From Enoplolaimus lenunculus (taxonomy: Eukaryota), in the NCBI GenBank assembly GCA_030248215.1, contig JASANG010000753.1, forward strand, positions 496,001 to 560,000: 64,000 nt of DNA, given 5' to 3'. Position numbers and translations under genes: made by a program. This document shows, one piece after another, positions 37,785-51,800 of the stretch. The notes under the pieces were generated by a model, which saw only the letters and a list, made by a program, of their open reading frames with translations, was not told where the DNA came from and searched no databases. Each line of letters starts with the position of its first letter. The first letter of the stretch is position 1.

Positions 37785-37910
37785 GGCTCTTGTACACTTT
37801 CCTCTGCACACTTAAGTTACGGAAAACGCATACGTGAGCCATAACCTAAACCTTTGCCTAAACTTGCGCTTAAGCCTACGTCATAAATGTTGCGGGGAGT
37901 GTACGAAGTC
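37785..37910. mobile_element. MITE, GGCTCTTGTACAC family, with GCCTAA core
   Basis: GGCTCTTGTACACTTTCC ... GGGAGTGTACGAAGTC; a further left arm at ~37587. Confidence 0.6.
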
Positions 37911-38658
37911 AACAAACCGAAGGCCTAAGCCTTGGGCTATGAATTTATGCCAGTAGTGCCTAAAAAAGTATCACGTTTTATATCATAACCAAAATGAAAT
38001 GGCTAACAATAACCTCCTTGGGGGCAGAGCTAATCTACGGCACCACCGTATCAAGAACAACTGCAAGAAGCGTTGTAAGTGGGCTGTCCTGTCATATTTA
38101 GTTAATGTCTGGTATGTTTGAGATACCGCGAGAGTCTGTTTACAGTACACAATGCGGTATATATAGGGCTGTTGTATGAATTATAAACGGTTACACACAT
38201 TATTTGATGGTTCAGTGACTGTGTTTTGTGTTAATGTTTTACCTTTGAGCTTGTTTTTGAAATTGTTTGTTTTTTGTGTCGTTGTGAACGGTTTTATTCG
38301 TTGGTTTTTTTCTAATTTTAGGGGTTGAATCGAAATCTCTGCGCCAGGTCTGTAGCTAGCTTAAGTCTCGAAGGAAAACAATTCCAATTAACCACTATTC
38401 TCAGGGGGCACATGATGGCGGTCGTGTAACGTACGCCATTGTCTGCATATTCGCCTTCCGGAATGAAAAATTTATCAACAGCATTCAAAGAAATGTATGT
38501 TAACAAAATTTTGCTTTCCCAAACGCCCTGTACGCATCCTGTGGATGATGGTTTTGCCGTGATGCATGCATTTGTAGGTTTTGTTATACTTTTCAGAGTA
38601 AACAAGTTACTTCGTAACACAATTGTAATTTTCGTAAAACTCTGTTTGTAGTACTTTA

Positions 38659-41600
38659 ATGGTGCATGATTTAATGACGGCGGCATCTCTTATGTCGGAT
38701 TCTGCTTCAAGCCTCACAAACGATGAAAGTAAGGTTTCAATCAAAAAACAGCCAATGGATAATGCTGTTCATTCTGATGGTGCCTTACTTGATCCCCCGG
38801 TAGAGGTGAACAATGTTCAAAAGATGGAAGACGAGATCGATGATAAAAAAGATGTTACAGGCGAGACACCGTCAAGTTCCGCGGCAGAAGAGCTGTACCC
38901 GATACAGATAAGAAATCGAAAGTTGTACGAAGCAATTGATTTGTCGCAATCGCTTGATTTGGGTTAGTTTTTTAAGATTGGGGTACGCTAATTGGATCGT
39001 ATATTATATTTTTAAAAGTAACAATCCTGGCGCCGCAAATTTAGCCATTATTGTGAACATAGGTTTAGCAAAAAGTGGCACAGACCTCACGATTTCACCG
39101 ACTCCGAACCCATTGGAATTCTGCGGAATTCGAACTTCGACGCTAACAGAATAAGACAGTAGTTATTTTGACAGTTAATGCATTGCATTTTCCAGTCATA
39201 TTTGCTAAAACGAAACCATTACATGTCGTGCGTGCAAGTCTAATCGTACACAGGCAATAGAAACAGGTAAATTTTGAAATAAGTATCGAAACCAGAATTC
39301 GTTGAAGCACGGTTTGAGGTTTAGAACTGCAAGTTCTTAATGTTTTCAAAAATGGCTGAGTCTGATCCACCTTAATTTCGAAAGCAGAAACTGTCGTTTC
39401 CGAACCTTGTAGGATTGGACTTGACCTTGAATTATTGCGCAATCTGAAACTGAATCCACAGTTTTGCTGTCATCTTGCACCCTAGTTGATTTTAGCATAT
39501 TTTAATGCACTTGAAACAACTCTTTCTTTCTATATAAAGATATTAAAATTTTGTCTAATGAGATAGGAAACTGATCGAATTTCAATGTACTATCTGTTTA
39601 ATATATTTTTAAATTGAAATTTTATTATGTATTCAGCTTCGGTGTATATATATCAGCTGTTATTTCGGCATGCGGTCACAATAGTCGCTTCCTGATTTTA
39701 ACACTATTTTACTTGCTAATCTGCGTAATTTCAGGGTCACTAACACGCGATTTGAAATGTACGTCGTGTAACAATAAGATCAACGCGTACAGCGATGCTA
39801 GTTTTAGCGTTCATCCAAAGCTGGACGTTTTGATTTGTAGAGTAAGTTTCATTCAGTGCTGGATTAAAATTTTATAATCCAACAATTAATTTAAGTTGAG
39901 ATTCTGAAGTACATATTAGATAGATTAAGAAACAGAAGATGACTTCTAAGGTGTGTAGACTTTGGAAGTCCCATTCCACAACTATCGATCTACATTTGCT
40001 GTCAGGCGCACATAAAGTACTTGTTTAAGGGAACACTCATCTGTTACTGCCAATTTAGGAGTATGCAAATGATTTTTCAGCCTATAGTGCTCAGAGTTAG
40101 TTTCAACTGTGTGCTGCATCTATTAGCAGTTAGCAAAAGGTTTTTAAAGAAATTAACACATCAGCGGCTGATGTTAAATAGGGATTCGATTTCTAAGTAA
40201 ATTTCCGATTCATAGCTTGAACCGAATGTTGTAGCCATGTTTATTTCATAAATGCTGTCCTATTGTAGTGCTAGCATGGCATGGTGCATCCGCGATGTTG
40301 GTTCTTAACTTGCAAATCAAAGGAGGTTTCTAGTTTGTTTACGTACGAAGTCAAAAATGTTTGTTTACGTTGGCATGTATTTTTACGTATTTTATTGAAG
40401 TACTTGTTTGATGTTTTTATTTTTAGACGTGCTCTGATTATATTGAAGATTATAATTTTAAACCAGACCCGGATGGCGTCGATGAAGAATGTCAGTGGTG
40501 TTGTGAAGGTAAGGATTCGAACGATTCTGAAATACTTAGTACATAGAAACATGTTCTCTTCTTATGTACTTTAGACTGGTGTGTTTTTATTGAATATACC
40601 TATTAGATGTTTTGACATTAATGATTAAGTTGGGCCGTAGGTTGAGCTTTTTTGTGATTGACTGAACGCTGCTGCCACTGATGATGAATAGGCGCGGGCC
40701 GCGATGATGGGTCTTATTTCTAGGTCAAACAGGAGAAGTTAGATTTCAAGCTTGTTCCTTTCTATAAGCACAGAATTCACTTTTGTGGAAGTTGAAACTG
40801 TTTTATTTGTACCTTGTAAACGGGTTTTGTCAATATCTGCAGTTTTGAGCGATTTTAATGTTTTTTGTTTTGGTTGCAGGTGGCAATTTGGTGATATGTG
40901 ATCGATGCAACCACGCGTTTTGTCGTATGTGCATTCGACGTAATTTTGATCGGCGCAGTGTAGCAAATATTTTTGATAATATTGAAACTTGGCAGTGCTT
41001 TTATTGTGATCCTTCAATCTTGGAGCGTTTGCGAAAGCAGAAAAGCGCTGTCTTGTTGTATAACGCGAAAATGTTTGCTGATAGTAAGTATCGATTGAAT
41101 TAAAACAGTTTAGCCGATGAAGTAAGTACAAAAAGCACGCAATCGACAACTAAATACCAGTTAAAGTGACGCGAATCGTGTCACGGAAAAGGATGTTTTG
41201 TGTATTATATTTCTTTTTATGTGTAATCAGGAAAGTGTATAACAAGGAGCTTGAATCAATTTGTAGATTAATTATGGGAAGAAACTACGAAACCGTATGA
41301 ATATGAATTCTATACGTTTTAAATTTTCAACTAGTGCCGTTTTCCAAACAAAACCTATGCTTCAAAATTTCTCTTCCAATCCAAACCGAGGGATAATCTA
41401 AGCGTTTAAATTTTCCACTTTTCCCGTGTTTCAAGCAAATTTTACACTTTACATTTTCACTACCGCACTAGGGAATATTCAGGTTTATGAATTTGCCACT
41501 TCTCCAGTTTTCTCAGTCAAAGTTATGCTTGTAATTGTTTCTACCAAACCAGCGCAGTTTCTAGCCGTCATACAGGAGTAGCTGCGCCGCACTCCTGGTC

Positions 41601-44600
41601 ATAAGTTTTCCACTTTGGAAAAAGACCTTTCCATTTTATGACAAAAAATTTATCACTAATCTGTCTGGGCTCGTACGCCCCTCAAACACCCTCCCTCTGG
41701 ATCTGCCAGTTTAGGCTTTTTCACGAGACGTTATAGAATTGGCTTAAAATTTAATTTAATACTGGCATTGGATGTTGAAAAATACCCGATTGGACTGCAA
41801 TCTATATATGTTTATTGTAAATCGGAAAGTGGCGAAAAATTGAGTTTGTGAGTTTAGTGTTGTGGTTCTGAAATGCACAAACTTGATTATTTTCAAATAT
41901 GCGGATCACAGCCGTTTATTTTACGTGGAACTTATTTTAAGTGGAGCTACGTATGTATTTGCTTTGGAAAATGTTTGCACGAATTAAGAGGAAAAATTTC
42001 AATAGTTGGATTTTTCGAAACCTACTTGCACTAGCGATGGGTGTTGTAATAATACTTGCGTACATAAATTGTGATTACGGCTTGAGACTTTATATTCCAT
42101 ACGGAGTCTAAGCTAGCGTCTAGTTTGTATTTCGTTGGTTTGATTTTTTAGCTAATTCTGCTTTCAGAGCAAGCGAAAAAAGTTGCGCGGCTGCTCAAAC
42201 GAAGCCTATCACCATCATCCTCGAAAAGTTCTCAGTCTCCAAAGAAGAAACAACGAAAACAACAGCAACAATCACCGCGATCTCCCAGTGTTTCAAGCAT
42301 AGCAGAAGATAGCGTCAGTATTCTGGAGCCAGATAGTAAAAGCAGTGATGCAATAGGAGTGGGAGAGGTTCAATCTAAAATGGAGGGCGTCGGACACGGT
42401 TCGGATACTATTGATGGGATTGAAGCTGTAAAAGACGGCGTGGATTTGAAGGAAAAGACGTCTGGGAATGAAGAAAGTCGTCAAACGGAAAAAGTTGGAA
42501 AAGAAAAATCATCGAAATCGAAGCACACACCAAAGAAAGACACGAAGCCACGAAGCGAAGAAGGATCAAATGGGGAAATTGATGCTGAACCTGGTAAGAA
42601 AGTGGCAGAGGATAAAGATTACCACGTACTTAATATTTTGCGAAGATTGTACGTGAACAAATCAAAATAACGGTAGCATTACGGGAATTTGATTGTGCCC
42701 TGTCTGCCAAAATATGAGGAAATTTATGCAAAGCGCAACGTAATATACCATTATAACAAAAGAGTAAAGTGTGCAAACTTTTAAAACTTTGTTTCTATAC
42801 GGAGTCTGATTTATTTTTTGAGAACCGTAAACGGAATAGAAACTTGTTTTGAATCGAAATTGTAACCAGAGTCAGAATTTCGTTTGTACTATTTATTGTA
42901 TCTTGGTTGAAAGCGGTATATATTTCGGCCATGGTGTAGTGCAACCGAAATTGCGCTTCTTGTAGTGACATCCGGTTATTTTCACTATCCGGTTTCAGTA
43001 CAAAATCTGGTATGTTTTAGCCTACATTTTTGGTATAGTTGATGTTTCAAAAGTTAACATTGAACTTTGTTGACGGTTTTTTATATTTACTTATATAAAT
43101 TTTAAACTTAAACCAGCATAATACGTTTTAGCTAAAGGTGATATTCAAGCTGACGTCCAGAATTCAAAAACGGGTACAAGCAGTAAACCATCTGGATCTG
43201 GCGCTTCTACAGGAGCAATTCTTGGATTATCACGAGGTCAACAAACCAATGCAGTGCCTGCGATTTCTGTGAATACTCCGCACGCAGATTTGAGAGAGCT
43301 CATCGAACAGTTAGAAAAAAGTACATCATCGTACGCCAAAGCGCTCAGTATTCTCCATTCGCAGGTGCTAGCGGTAAGTAGTTAGCCCAAAAAAGGTTTG
43401 CTGAGTAAATTCGAAATTTAAGGCTGATTTATGTAATAATATTAATTTTGGAAAAGAACGAGTTGTCTGTTGTACGGTTGCACGTATGCAATTAATTGTA
43501 GATCTATACTTAATTCTTTAATCCGTTGCCTTTTTCATTATTCGCGCATGTGATTGAGAAAAAAAGTGGCACCTCCCGTCAGGGGCGTTGCCATGATTTC
43601 AGTTGCGGAGGGTATAGCCTCGTGCAAATAATTTTCCAACATTGAGGATCCAGGAGGCTAGTCTGAAGCTTGTTAAAAGTGAAAAGCTATCCATCTAGCA
43701 CTCTACTTACATACGTCCCTGCATTCTATAGACCCAAGATTGTAAAACTTTTTCAACCATTAAGTTATACCTACAATTTTATGACAAAGTGTTGAAAATG
43801 TCGTCACAGCAAGATGTTAAAGATAAACAGTTGTAAAAAGCAGTTTTATGAAATACGGGATCATCACAGTAAATATCCGTCATCTAGTAGGTTTATACCG
43901 GATACGGATTTCGTTTTTTGCCAGAGATTACACCGGATCAAAATATCCGGTAAAGTAGTGTGCGTTCAAAATTGTTCGAAGCTTACTCAGGATGTGATAC
44001 TAGCACAACGTATTTCGAATTGAGTGTTAGAAATCGGCGTCCATGCAAAGAACATGACCGGAACGTCAGTTTAAGCTTTAGACTAACTTCTTTGCTTATA
44101 CTTAGGTTTAGAAATAGGCTCATCCTTACACTTACGCTTAGGCTTAGGCTTAGGAATATGCTTATACTACTGTTCCGGCCCTGTTCTATACATGGGCCGA
44201 GATCGGTAACTTTATATGTAAGCCTCGCCGCAGGTCTCAATTTGAAGGAGTGCAAATTATGTTTAAGTAAAACTGGGGGAGCGCAAATGATGGGGAGTCC
44301 TTATGCTTATATACACCAATAGCTCTGGGCACTAAATCGACGTCCGGATCCGGCTTCGGTTTGTTTCATTGCCGGATATTTAATACTGAATAGTTTAACA
44401 TCACTTTATTTCAAAGAAAAAATTTATCAGCAAGATCCCATTTTTTCGCAGCAACTTTTGTTTGAAATGGCAGAAATAAGCATAGCATAAACACAATTGG
44501 ATGAACACGTAGTAGCAAAATTAGAGCAAATTATAGCAAATAATACTAAATTAGTGAATTGTTTCAATTTTTGTCTAAGTATTCACTACTACTTCAGCAG

Positions 44601-45890
44601 GATGTTGAAATATCCGGCTTTGGTATTTTTTGCGTTCCGGCCACCTTCTGATACCTATCTATTTTTCTTTTATTCACGTTTTGATTTTAGAAATGCTACG
44701 ACAGTAAATCACCACAATTGCAGCGTGCTTCAGACGCCGAATCAATTGCGGATGATCTATTAGTCGCTTTGAAACATCATGTTGAAGTTAGTTCTTGGGC
44801 GGTAACTCATTTGGACCGAGGGACCGTGATCAGCTTACAACGTCCGGCTCCGGCCCCAGCCACAAAGGGGTCACCAACAGCTTCTAAAGCAAAGTCTAAA
44901 GATGCTAAACCAACAAAGCCAAGAAAACAATCTGCTGGTAGCTCAACAGCGATCACTCCAGCCGCTTCTAAGCCTAAGAAGGACAAACCGGACAAAAAAT
45001 CGAGTAAATTTCAAAATGGAAACATAGCTACTCAATCGAAGCATGGAAATGAAGAAAAGATGCGAGGAGTGGCCGGCCAGGCAGCAGATGTGAATCGTGA
45101 ACGTTTGGGGAACGCTTCTTGTATTTCTGGGGTGGGTCCTGGTGGACCTGTGAGGAGTCCGGTATTCCCAGAAGGGCAGATTCCAATGCATGCACCTGTG
45201 AAATCAAGTAGCGGGCCAGGTAAGATGAGGTCGCCATTACCTGGAGTTGAAAAAGGAGATATAGAAGGCGCGCAATTGAATATTGTAGTAGGGGACAGCA
45301 ATCACGATGGGAATGGCCGTAAAAAGAGTGATAAGCGGGGACCTGCAGCGGAAAATGTTCATGGAGTACAAATGTTGAAGCCTAATAGGTCACTTGGATC
45401 GAACGAAACAAAAACTGGGTTGATTTCGAGTTATTTTAGTGTGCGTAGCGGTTCTGGGCCAAATTCAGCCTCGATGAGTGGGTCTCAGAGGAGTTCAGGG
45501 TCTGTTCCAGTTATGGAAAGATTGAATTCAGGGGGTAATCACTATGGTTCCGGCTCGATGAAAAGGCCTACGACTGTAGTGGTTGGAAATGATATGGTTG
45601 TAAAGCAGGTAACTAAACGTGACAGTATTTGCAGCTTGAAGCCAACTTCACAAATGGCGCCTAATCTAAATGTAATCGGACCTCGTTATACGAATGCTGG
45701 TATACGTTCAATGATGGGGGGACCATATCATCATGTGGCGCAGTTTAAACCTAAACCTGGTCAGGTTAGTAGCTCAGCGATGAGCCTAAATTCTGGCGGG
45801 CTAACCTTGGCGCATGAGCAAGCGACCAAAATTTTTAATGGGGTTGTGATACCTGAAATATCAATGAAAAATGGCACTAAAAGTCAGTAG
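38659..45890 (+). CDS. Stand-alone ATRX-type ADD (GATA-like + PHD) domain protein with low-complexity C-terminus, no SNF2 helicase
   Basis: Frame-consistent exons 38659-38962, 39735-39841, 40427-40508, 40880-41083, 42168-42593, 43132-43373, 44691-45890 (TAG). ADD motif: CTSCNNKIN...HPKLDVLICRTCSDY...DPDGVDEECQWCCEGGNLVICDRCNHAFCRMCIRRNF...WQCFYCDPSIL. Confidence 0.88.
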
Positions 45891-47520
45891 AATAATCCGC
45901 AGTTAATGTACTATCGCAGTGTTTATATATGGTTTGAGTAAATTTTGATACGATGCGGTTTGGAAAGCCGATTTTTCGGGTTTTTCTTTGACGGTGAGAC
46001 GATTAGCTCGTTATTTGACAAAAGCGAGCTGGGATAAAGCCTAAGCTGAAGCCAAGACCTGGCTGATTTGATAAGTATTGTTGAGTTTTTTCATTCTTTG
46101 GTTATCTTCTCTGTACAATATCGTCTTCTAATGCGTTTGATACGTTGTACTCAAGCCAGACTAACATAGTAAAGAAAATGTGCTATTTTGAAAAAGTTTT
46201 CGTCGCGCATTTCAAAAGTGAATCTCAAGCGAAGTATAAGCTAAAACGTACCCTCCCCGGGTATGTCGAGTGGTTGGCCGTGATATTGCAGACCCGTGTA
46301 ATTGGATCTGATTTGTGTTAAGCGCGGACGCTGGCTCACTGAACGAATCGTAACGATTTGAGAGGTTTTAGTTGAATGAATGGAAACTGTAATGAATTTA
46401 TTACCGAAAGTGTCTTGCTTGTTGAATATTTTTGATACTTGTGTAGTTGTGTTTGTATTTTTAAAAATAATGCGAGTTGTAGCATCGGTTACATGCTAAT
46501 GATATCGCCTATCTACCGCTCTGTTTAGATCCAGACATCCGCAGCGGCCACATTTTGCAACACGAAAATTGGATTATCACTCTGTGAGCAGGAGTATGCA
46601 ACCAGAAAATGGGAGCATGCTCAAGCGTTGTTATGTTTAATCGATATCCGGTTATTTTCTCGTAAATGAAGTGGGGTCGAACAAAACGCAACGCGCGCTG
46701 CTTCGTTTTGTACCACACAGTTTTCTGGTAGGTCGCATACTCTTGTGTACAGATTGCTTGCGGACTAGTGCTATTACTAACTGGTGATAGGTGCAACACA
46801 CATACGAGAATATGGCTTTTGGTATTAATTTGTGGTAAATACATTTTTTTATTTGTATCCAATGTTTATATGATCTCTTGGAGCATTTGTAAAATGTTTG
46901 CATATAATTTTGTGGAAAAAATGCGGTTTGTATTTGTGGCCAAAATTTTCAGAACCTTATTAAGGCTCTGGATCAAAAAATTCTGGGTCGAATTAAGTGA
47001 CCCTGGGTAATTTTTTTATTTCTCTTTAACGATAGCGAAGAAAGTTTGTTTGTGCTTTCACTAATTCGATATGTATTTGCTTGTCATCAAAAGGGTTGAC
47101 AGAATGGTATGCGAGCACTGGCTGTGAAAACAATTAAAATAGTGAAATGTAGGATTCTGTATTGTTCGGAAATATTGACAATTTGTGTACGAAACATGCG
47201 TAGTAAAAAAATTTCTGGGTTAATGCAATGAATATACAACTTGTAGTAACCAGGGCGCAGGCAAGGGGAGAGATAAGCAGGTGTATTACCCCGTAAGTTT
47301 AAGACGAGATGAGAAAAAGGCTTGGTGGATTTGGAATGACTTCATATTTTTGCTAACTTGAATAATTATGAATTCGGTGAGAGCAGGGATATGCAGAATT
47401 TGTTATGGCTATATTTGAAGCTTAAAATGGGTAAAGGTGATGTTTTGTTGACGGTTAAGACGTAAAGCCAGAACATGTTTTGGGGCATAATTGATGTATT
47501 TTGAATTTTATTGATTATCT

Positions 47521-47704
47521 GGCCCATGTTACGTTTAGGGCCGTCCCGGTTTGTTGTGGGTCTGTAAAAAAGTAGCCTTACATTCTAGGCTACATTTTTT
47601 GCTTAGGCTTATGCTTAGGAATACGCTTTTGCAACGCTTCGGATTAGGCTTAAGTTTAGGAATTAGCTTTATTTACTGTTACGGCCCTAACAGTAACATT
47701 AGCC
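47521..47704. mobile_element. MITE, GGCC(C/A)ATGT family, with TTAGGC array
   Basis: GGCCCATGTTAC ... GTAACATTAGCC; near reverse complement of 61936-62120. Confidence 0.72.
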
Positions 47705-48834
47705 TATTATCTTATGATGATGTAGGTTGTGTTACTTTCTTGGGAAATTAAACTTTGTAACTGAACGAGCTTGTTTTTTGATTATACTTTTTGTTTTTAA
47801 CCTGATGTAAATAGAGCGAGTAGGCGTTAACTGGAGAACAACACCACACCATGTTAACAAATGGCACCGCAAGAGATTGAAAAGTTTGGTTGATGTGGAG
47901 ATCAGGGTCGGAACGTTTTTCTGCGGGATAACAATGGAGTAAGCTTAAGCATTGGACTATATATTGCGCAGGCTTAGGTGTAAGCTCATTGTTACGCTTT
48001 GGTTTAGAAATATGCTTATATTACTGAAACGGCACTGTTCTGTACTTCCACAAAAATTAAAGGGTGTACTTTACTTTTAGACGCTTGTGACGGCATTCTT
48101 AATGAATGCTCTATTACACTGCAAGCCCATCTGTATATAAAAATCGAAGTTTTTTAATTTGCACCTTCGGACAGGCATAGCGCCATCGTTAGATGTCAAT
48201 TTTGGACAAGTTATATTTTTTAAGTTTATTGTTCGTGAGGTACGCTCAAGATGATTGTAATGCCTAAAGGTGTTAACTAAGAAAGCGATGCTGTTCGATA
48301 TATTTTTAGTAAGTTTAATGTACAAAAATATGTTTGGTGAAAATATTGGCGAAAAAAATTCACATTTCTAGAGCTGCAAGGCTGTAACTGAAGCGAGGTT
48401 GAGAAATATTTGGCAGGAATTTAGACTGCCGAAGATCAAACAGAATTCGGGCCATGTATAGAACAGAGCCGGATCGCTTTCCGGAGGGGCTGTAACGGAG
48501 GCAGTTTCACTTTTAGACTAAATTTTTGGCTTACGCTTAGGAATATGCAGAATTCGTTATTTAAGCTCGCTGCAAAACTTGAACCGACAAGATTAGAGTT
48601 TACGCTGCGTTCTGGTTGAAATCCAGTTGAAAATTTAAAATATAACCTATTGCATTTCTGTGTATGAAAGGCATGCGAAAATTACGGCATCGTGTAAATA
48701 CGTAAGTTTCAGTGGGGAAAAGATACTTTAGTAACGCTAAACAATTCACTCTTTTGATTGATGTTTTTAGAGGTATCGTAGCTTTAGTTCGCAATCGTCG
48801 CCTACGCCATGTTTTGACCTTAAGCTGTACATAA

Positions 48835-51800
48835 ATGGCATCCGCCGGTAATGATTATCCAAGCAGTAGTGGGATCAGCAGCGGAAGTAGTAATCATGCG
48901 AGCAATTTTATCACGTCGCCAATTGATATTACCAAAGTTGAAGATACACTGCGAGGGCTGTATAGTGGAGAATTGAGTCCGGCGACTTTGGAAAAACAGG
49001 TACGTGGTTGGAGTTTTGTGGTTTCGCATAATTGGTAAACGATATTTTAGGTATTGGGCAGGGTTTGTTCAACGAAATAGAGAAGGTTATCGGATGAGTT
49101 GTATGTAGACATACCGCGGTGGACGATCCAAAACGATGGTGACGGGTTCTGCGTTGCCTTTGATCCTGCGCTGAAGTTATAAGAATTCAGTAAAGTGGAG
49201 TCTGACAGTAGACATTAATTTTTGAATTTTATACCGAGAATTTGTTGCAGACGCATGCAGTAATTGTGAAGGTAAGTTTAGCATCGGATTTGCGATTTGG
49301 GTTAATAACTGAAACCGAGGCCGCCGTCGGGTCAATTTGTGGTGAAGGCCGAAAAACTTAAAATTTTCGAAATAAATTCTTTCTAATGGGTTTTGTATCG
49401 TTTTCTGTGTTTTTCTTAGTTTTTTTTCGTGTTTTATTTCAGAATATTCAAATCGTAATTATTGCGTAACTATGAAAATTCATAGATTCACAGCGAAATT
49501 GTATTCATCAGGAATCAGTCCACTTCAACAATACAGCCACCATACATTTGCTGAATACTCAACTTCAGCTCTCAGTTTCAAACCGCCGATATTAAAAAAT
49601 CGAGATCGAGAGCGAGACCGGGATCGAAACCTGCCAAATACCAAGGCTTACCGACGCCGAGACTCCTGTCCCAGAAGTTTAGTATTTAATATTGCTAAAT
49701 TGAAATTTTTAAATCAAAGATATACGTATTAAAGATTTTATCATCGTTTCAGGACCTCGCAACTCAGTTGGCCGCCCGTGATCGTGATCTTGTTCTAGTC
49801 GCAGAGTTGGGTAAAGCACTGTTGACACACAATGAAGAGCTAACGAAAAAGAACGAAAAACTTGCAGAAGAGTATAATAGTCGATTAGAGGTAAGCTGAT
49901 GTTTTTGTATCAGAGGCAATCAGATTAAAAAAATAGCGGAACCTGAAAGTAAGGGTGGAGACAGGGTGGTGTCCAGGTTCAAACGCCACTTTAGGTTTTT
50001 TGTACAGGCTGTTTAGACTCGGTTTCAGTTTGCTATACAACAACCTTCTCCGCTTCCGAAGTTTTACAGAATGCAACGCTCCAGCCGGAAAATAAGAATA
50101 TAAAATTGTGTTTTTACAGGAACATGACCGGAAATGTCCTATACGGCTGCGGATGTGTAATCCGGTGTATAGATATGAACCTACTGAATACCGGGACTCA
50201 TAATTGTGTTAATAAGTAAGATGTAGTTTACTTACGCCGAATCCGCTATTGGTTCCGGTATTCGATATTTTGACATCCAGTCGCATTCAGGGCAGTTTTA
50301 GAACAGGGAGCGACCGCATATCCAGTTCCAGTTTAATGTCCGGCAAAAACTGATACCCGGTATCTGGTATGAAACCCTCTATGGATACCGGATATTTACG
50401 TTTGTGGTGCCGAATACCGTAAAACTGCTTTTTACCAGTGAGCATCTTTAACATCTTGCTGTGATTACATTTCGGGGCAAGTCAAGAAGTTCAGGTGTTG
50501 ATGCGTTTTTCAGCTACTTTTAACTTATGTAAGTGAGCGAGAGTGATCCGCATGTTTGCATTAAATGAATTCAGTGTATCAGCAAATCATGTGTTTAATT
50601 GACATTCTGGTTTTAAGTTTGAACGTTTTTTCGCGTGGGTGTTAGATTTCAATTTGGACTAATGTACATTTTAGCCAACTGTGAGTTTAACGTTAGGTTG
50701 TTTCTATATAATATGCGGTGCCCGTTTGAAAAATGAACCACTTAAATGGTTTTGAGGGCCGGCGTCGCTGCTACTTCATTTCGAGAGGGTATAACGTTAA
50801 TGAAAGATTTTTTTGCAAGCGAGACGAGCGAGCGAAAACGAAATCTTTGCTTGTTGATATGCAGTAGGTTAATATTAAAACTTGTAAAATTTGGTAATTG
50901 ATTTCTGTTTACACCATTCTACGGCTCTGGGTATGCCCCTGCTTTCAAAGTACATGCAAGGTGTAAAACATGGAAAACAGCGGTACGTGTGCGGTTTGGC
51001 AAAGGGCATGTGTATAATTGACAGTTAACCGCGTATACTGTACGGTAGATGTGAGAGTTCTGGCCTCGCATTACTCGTATACCATCACGTTTGTATTTTT
51101 TAAACTCGTGTGGGTGGTGCAGGTTCTGTGGAAATATAAATATTGCATGGATTGGGCCAGGGATCTATTTACAGTAATGTCGCGTCACTTGGAAACAGTA
51201 GCTGGGGAAAAATTATTAAGTTTAAGCCGTGTAGACAGACCCCTTGATAATGAGGGCCTTGAGCTAGAGTGGTTTGGTTGACGTGATTTAGCTTTTTCTG
51301 GCCAATGGGAGAGATTATATATCTGTTTGAGTTGTTATATCACTTTGTATAAATGTTTGGATATTGGGTTTTATGTATATATGTATTTATGTGTATATGT
51401 GTGTATGGGTGAACCAACTGAAATGGTCAACTAAGGCGTGGTGTGATTCATGAAAGTGAGAAAAACGAGCAGACTTCAGCAAATATGTTCAACTTTGTTA
51501 GTTTGACTGCTTCTGGTAGTTGTGCATGTGGTCGTGGCACCGTATGGCTAGGGGCGGTGTCATAGGGGCTTGTTTATAAAGCAGGGTATATTAGTTAGAC
51601 TCTAGGTTTGGCCTTTGTCTAACGGTTATCTGGGCCTCCGTTGCGTCGTGAAAAAACGTGGAATGAGCTTTGAATTTGGAAAAACAAGGAAAATAATGGA
51701 TTTTTGAGCAACACTGAATGCTAAGAGTGTAATTATGGGCGTTGCGCAGGATTTTGAAAACGGGTTCACGTATAAAAAATTTCATTGGGATGGTTTCTTG

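Noticed and set aside
43960..44322. 120-aa ORF with LRLRLR repeats (also 47551 and 61950)
   Set aside because: Translation of TTAGGC hexamer arrays in MITEs.
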